Below are positions 59,599-64,000 of a DNA stretch of 64,000 nt, piece after piece. The notes under the pieces are model-generated. The model was not told the DNA's origin. It ran no database searches and was given only the letters and a program-made list of their open reading frames with translations. This DNA is from Eledone cirrhosa (lineage: Eukaryota). The first letter of the stretch is position 1; each line of letters opens with the position of its first letter. The position numbers and the translations under genes are program-made. Location: the NCBI GenBank assembly GCA_964016885.1, contig OZ024763.1:24614001-24678000 (forward strand), given 5' to 3'.

Positions 59599-59723
59599 AT
59601 GTCACTCCGCCTAATCTCGCTGCAACCAACTTCAGCCATCTTTCGAAGCAAACATTGAGTTCTAACGACGTTATTAAAACCACCACAGCTTCTATAATTT
59701 TCGGCGGAAGCAGGGGAGTGTGT

Positions 59724-59765
59724 GGCTCTGATGAACGCCAACCAGCGTGAAACAGACTGTCAGCT
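59724..59765 (+). ncRNA. Type I hammerhead ribozyme, canonical core
   Basis: ggct CTGATGA acgc caacca gcgt GAAA cag a ctg TC agct; predicted cleavage after C59761. Confidence 0.85.
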
Positions 59766-59929
59766 TCTCTCCCTTCTTTCGCCGAAAAGAAGTAAGTATC
59801 ATAGTCACTACTTTAAAACTGCTAGCGTATGGTCTTCTAAATGTTTTTAATTAAACATAGGGTATATTGCCAAATATACTATACATACATTCATGTATAC
59901 ATCGCTATTTCAGAGCACTAATCCTAATA

Positions 59930-60010
<81 letters not shown>

Positions 60011-60011
<1 letters not shown>

Positions 60012-60605
60012 CATGAGAAGAAAGAAGAATACTGCGTGGTTTGCACATGGGTTACATATGATAAAAATAGTCCTTCGTCAGTGATCTTCCAACCATCATT
60101 GGTATTTCATCGCATTAAAAATCAGATACCTCAGGTTGGTGCGAGCAATACTAAAATAAGTTATTGGGACCAGTAATCGCGTAAAGCGTGGGGGTCAAGT
60201 GAACAACATAGAAGGATAAAAACAAACCAAAGAAAGGAAATAAACAAGCAACGTGGTAGTCCTGGTCAGCATAAGCTGGGTGGATTTCATGAGCGAAAGG
60301 TGCAGACGTCCGACGTGAGTGAGATTTAAGCAAGAAGAGGCCCACTGTTAGCCAAACGGGAGGAAGTGAGAAGGGGAGAAACAGAGAGTGAGTGGAAGTG
60401 CGAGGACGAGGTCAGTCGAGAGAAAGTGTAACTGACAGAGGGGGCGAAAGAAGGTGAGAAAAACAGAGAGAGCGGGGAAGCAGTAAGAGAGAAACAGACA
60501 AACGCAGCCGAGGTAAATATATATAAAAAAACATGAGAAGAAAGAAGAATACTGCGTGGTTTACACATGGGTTACATATGATAAAAATAGTCCTTCGTCA
60601 GTGAT
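60011..60605 (-). mobile_element. Family R monomer plus ~74-bp terminal repeat (period 520 bp)
   Basis: CATGAGAAGAAAGAAGAATACTGCGTGG...GTCAGTGAT at 60012 and 60532. Confidence 0.8.
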
Positions 60606-60627
60606 TTAGTATAGCAGAAGTATAGCA

Positions 60628-60695
<68 letters not shown>

Positions 60696-61282
60696 CTATA
60701 CTTGGGGTGGGTCATATTGTTATAATATTGCCAGCAATAATAACAGAACACACTCACTGTTTGGTTTGGGTTGGTTTTCGCTTCTGTATCTTTTATATCT
60801 CCATAGTAAATTTATTTGACAATCAATCTTTAACACTGATTGACCAGCGGCTGAAAATACAGATATAAATATATATACATAATCTAACAAAGTTCTTTGG
60901 TCACACATCTGCGACATCATCAGTGGTACTATTCTGTTTCCTTCTTTTGTGTATATATCTTTGGAACATAACTTAATTACCGGCTCAACCCCGATCTAAT
61001 CCGACGTGACCATTCTCCAAACTTTACACACCTTCCCACACTTGGTCTTTCCTTCCACGCATTACCTCTGTTTGATTTTGTTACTGTACTTGTTTATTTC
61101 CGTATATGATTCTTTGCCTGTGTTCTTACAATTTTATTTCTATGATTTTTTGTTCACGATTGCCTGTGTTTTTACCTTTATGATTTTTTGTCTTTAATTC
61201 TCCTGTGTATACTCCCCCCCCCTCCTTATGTCTCTCCACCACTCCCCTACACACCCTTTGAACTCTGTTCCCACACACTTCT

Positions 61283-61315
61283 CACCTGAGGAAGGGCTTA
61301 TGCCCGAAACGTCGT
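61283..61315 (+). ncRNA. Minimal hammerhead ribozyme in a PLE-like 3' end (~60960-61405)
   Basis: ac CTGAGGA a gggc ttat gccc GAAA cg TC gt, with AATAAA 20 nt downstream and then (TA)n. Confidence 0.8.
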
Positions 61316-61403
61316 TCTCCACCACCACCCCACTCTCCAGAGCGTGAAATTAATAAACATTCGTTGTACTGCCTCTCTGTTTTGTTCCTATTCAAATTTT
61401 TCC

Positions 61404-61444
<41 letters not shown>

Positions 61445-61447
<3 letters not shown>

Positions 61448-61672
61448 GATTGGTGCTCTGAAATAGCGACGTATACATGAATGTATGTATAGTATATTTG
61501 GTAATATACCGTATGTTTAATTAAAAACATTTAGAAGACGATACGCTATCAGTTTTAAAGTAGTGACTATGTCATTTACTTCTTCACGCCAACCAGCGTG
61601 AAACAGACTGTCCGCTTCTCTCCCTTCTTTCGCCGAAAAGAAGTAAGTGACATGGTCACTATTTTAAAACTG
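61445..61672. mobile_element. Fold-back copy of the 59600-59930 element
   Basis: 61445-61585 is the reverse complement of ~59787-59926; 61586-61672 is a direct match to 59735-59821, starting at HHR stem II. Confidence 0.85.
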
Positions 61673-61928
61673 TGTGCGTGTGTGTGTGTTGGTGTTTGTC
61701 TATGTGTGTATGCGTGCGTGAGAGAGAGAGATTTTAATAACCATGTCAGTGTTTGAAGAGGAGGCCATGTATTATATCCCCTACCACACCCACCACACCC
61801 TACCTCACTGTTTTGTCTTACGTTTGATTCTATTCCATGCCTTCTAAATAAATACAAAATTAGAACTATTTTGTTAGATTATAGTGTCTGTGTGACTGGC
61901 AGACTAAATATACAGTACAGTTATTATA

Positions 61929-62118
61929 TAATTGTTTCTACTTTAGGCACAAGGCCAGCAAGTACTCAGTGCATTACTGGTACTCTATTTTATCGACCCC
62001 GTAAGGATGAAAGGCAAAGTCAACCTCGGCGGGATTTGAACTCAGATCATAAAGGGACGTAACTATGCTGGAAAGCATGGCGTCCGACCCTCCACCGATA
62101 CTGCCAATCCACCGCCCT
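61929..62118 (-). mobile_element. tRNA-derived SINE family 1, full length
   Basis: Reverse complement reads GGCGGTGGATTGGCAGTATCGG...GAGTTCAAATCCCGCCGAGGTTGACTTTGCCTTTCATCC... Confidence 0.9.
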
Positions 62119-62451
62119 TATTATATAATATACCACAGTTATTATATAATATACTAACGTCACTGTTTCAATAGCGTTGAATGTAGATTACAATTGGTAA
62201 CGAGGCTGGTGGGTCATATACAATAAGATTACCATATATATGAACAATATTACACACTGGGAAATTTGCATTTTGATAACTTCATTGTTTGCTAAAGAGA
62301 ACTCCTATAGTTTATATTGTTTATGGGCAATGAAAAATGATGACAGCATTAGCGTCGATAAAGAAAGTACCAACCGAGGTGTAACTCCCCTCTCTTTCTT
62401 TCCTTCATTCTGACACATTGTGGAGATTTCACTGGATCAATGTTGGGAGGA

Positions 62452-62835
62452 AGGCGCGTGGCCTAGTGGTAAGGGTGTTGGACTTACGATCATAATGTTG
62501 TGGGTTCCATTCCTGGGCTAGGTTGTGTGTTGTGTTCTTGAGCAAAACACTTCTTTTCACGTTGTTCCGGTGGTAAAGGTGTTGGGTTTACGATCATAAT
62601 GCCATGTGTTCGATTCCTATGCTGGGTTGTGTGTTTTATTCTTGAGCAAAACACTTCATTTCACATTGCTCCAGTATACTCAGCTGAAAATGAGTACCAG
62701 CAATAGCTGGAGGTTTAATACTCCGATGGACTGGCGTCCTGTCCTGTGGGGAGTCTTGTACTCTCAGTCGCTTCAAGCCATGAAACCGGAATAAGCACCG
62801 GCCAAAAGGCCTTCTGGCTTAAGACAGACTTTAGA
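62452..62835 (+). mobile_element. tRNA-derived SINE family 2 with duplicated head; further partial copy at 62995-63120
   Basis: A box TGGCCTAGTGG, B-box-like GGTTCCATTCC and TGTTCGATTCC, CTTGAGCAAAACACTT twice, V-domain-like CGATGGACTGGCGTCCTGTCC. Confidence 0.8.
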
Positions 62836-62836
62836 T

Positions 62837-62883
<47 letters not shown>

Positions 62884-63189
62884 TAATAAAAGGACGAATT
62901 GTTATGCCTTCAGTACGTTTATTGAGTAGTGACGCGCGTTTCGCTATTGATCAGCTCAGGGTGGAGATTTCACTGGATCCCTGTTGAGGTTGAAGGTGTG
63001 TGGTCTAGTGGTAAGGCTGTTGGATTTACGATCAAACTGTCGTGGATTCGATTCTTGAGCAAAACACTTCATTTAATGTTACACCGGTATACTCAGCTTA
63101 AAATGAGTACCAGCAATAGCTACGAGCAACTGGTCTTCTTCTTCTTCTTCTTCTTCTTCTTCTATTGTTGTTGTTGATATTGCTGTGAT

Positions 63190-63920
63190 AAGCTGTTGTT
63201 GTTGCTATTGCAGTGTTAGGCTATTGTTGTTGTTGCTATTGCTGTGTTAGGCTATTGTTGTTGTTGCTATTGTTGTGTTAGGCTAGTGTTGTTGTTGCTA
63301 TTGTTGTGTTAGGCTAGTGTTGTTGTTGCTATTGTTGTGTTAGGCTAGTGTTGTTGCTATTGTTGTGTTAGGCTAGTGTTGTTGTTGCTATTGTTGTGTT
63401 AGGCTAGTGTTGTTGTTGCTATTGTTGTGTTAGGCTAGTGTTGCTGTTGTTATTGCTGTGTTAGGCTAGTGTTGTTGTTGCTATTGTTGTGTTAGGCTAG
63501 TGTTGTTGTTGCTATTGTTGTGTTAGGCTAGTGTTGTTGTTGCTATTGTTGTGTTAGGCTAGTGGTGTTGTTGCTATTGTTGTGTAAGGCTAGTGTTGTT
63601 GTTGCTATTGCTGTGTTAGGCTAGTGTTGTTGTTGCTATTGTTGTGTTAGGCTAGTGTTGTTGTTGCTATTGTTGTGTTAGGCTAGTGTTGCTGTTGCTA
63701 TTGTTGTTGTTAATATTGTTGTGTTAGACTACTGTTGTTGTTGCTATTGCTGTGTTAGGCTAGTGTTGTTGTTGCTATTGCTGCGTTAGGCTAGTGTTGT
63801 TGTTGCTATTGTTGTTGTTAATATTGTTGTGTTAGGCTACTGTTGTTGTTGCTATTGCTGTGTTAGGCTAGTGTTGTTGTTGCTATTGTTGTGTTAGGCT
63901 AGTGTTGTTGCTATTGTTGT
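63190..63920. repeat. 31-bp minisatellite (TTGTTGTGTTAGGCTAGTGTTGTTGTTGCTA)n with 28-bp variants
   Basis: Direct tandem repeats. Confidence 0.95.
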
Positions 63921-64000
63921 TCATGTTGTTGCTACGATAGTGAAAGTTATTTTATTCTAATTGTTTTTTAATTTAAATTCGTTTTTTTTTATCTTCCCCT

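Noticed and set aside
62452-62620. tRNA gene
   Set aside because: A and B boxes are present but there is no closed cloverleaf; it continues into a SINE body found elsewhere in the window.
63190-63920. Telomeric TTAGG repeats
   Set aside because: TTAGG occurs once per 31-bp unit, not as a contiguous telomere array.

Overview
AT-rich eukaryotic non-coding DNA dominated by (TA)n, (CA)n, (GA)n, (TATG)n and trinucleotide tracts. The SINE families and microsatellite load resemble an octopus/cephalopod genome (inference). No protein-coding gene can be confidently called, and nearly all ORFs in the supplied track are microsatellite read-through. The complex islands between microsatellites are mostly mobile-element pieces: two tRNA-derived SINE families, RTE-clade LINE 3' fragments and a ~600 bp non-autonomous RTE derivative. 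The main signal is a dense, diverse set of short non-coding elements carrying type I hammerhead ribozyme (HHR) folds. I folded about 19 near-intact HHRs by eye, from roughly ten sequence-unrelated families, on both strands. They mostly sit inside (TA)n tracts and often form fold-back inverted repeats, up to a 404 bp perfect palindrome. This fits Penelope-like element (PLE) pseudo-LTR or retrozyme derivatives. Unusual details include compensatory U3-A8 and U4C core variants, 70-77 nt insertions in loop II, fold-backs that turn inside ribozyme stem II, a shared YGAGTRCT 3'-tail motif, and a SINE whose Pol III A-box head is amplified about 83 times. All folds and alignments are manual; no ribozyme activity is demonstrated.
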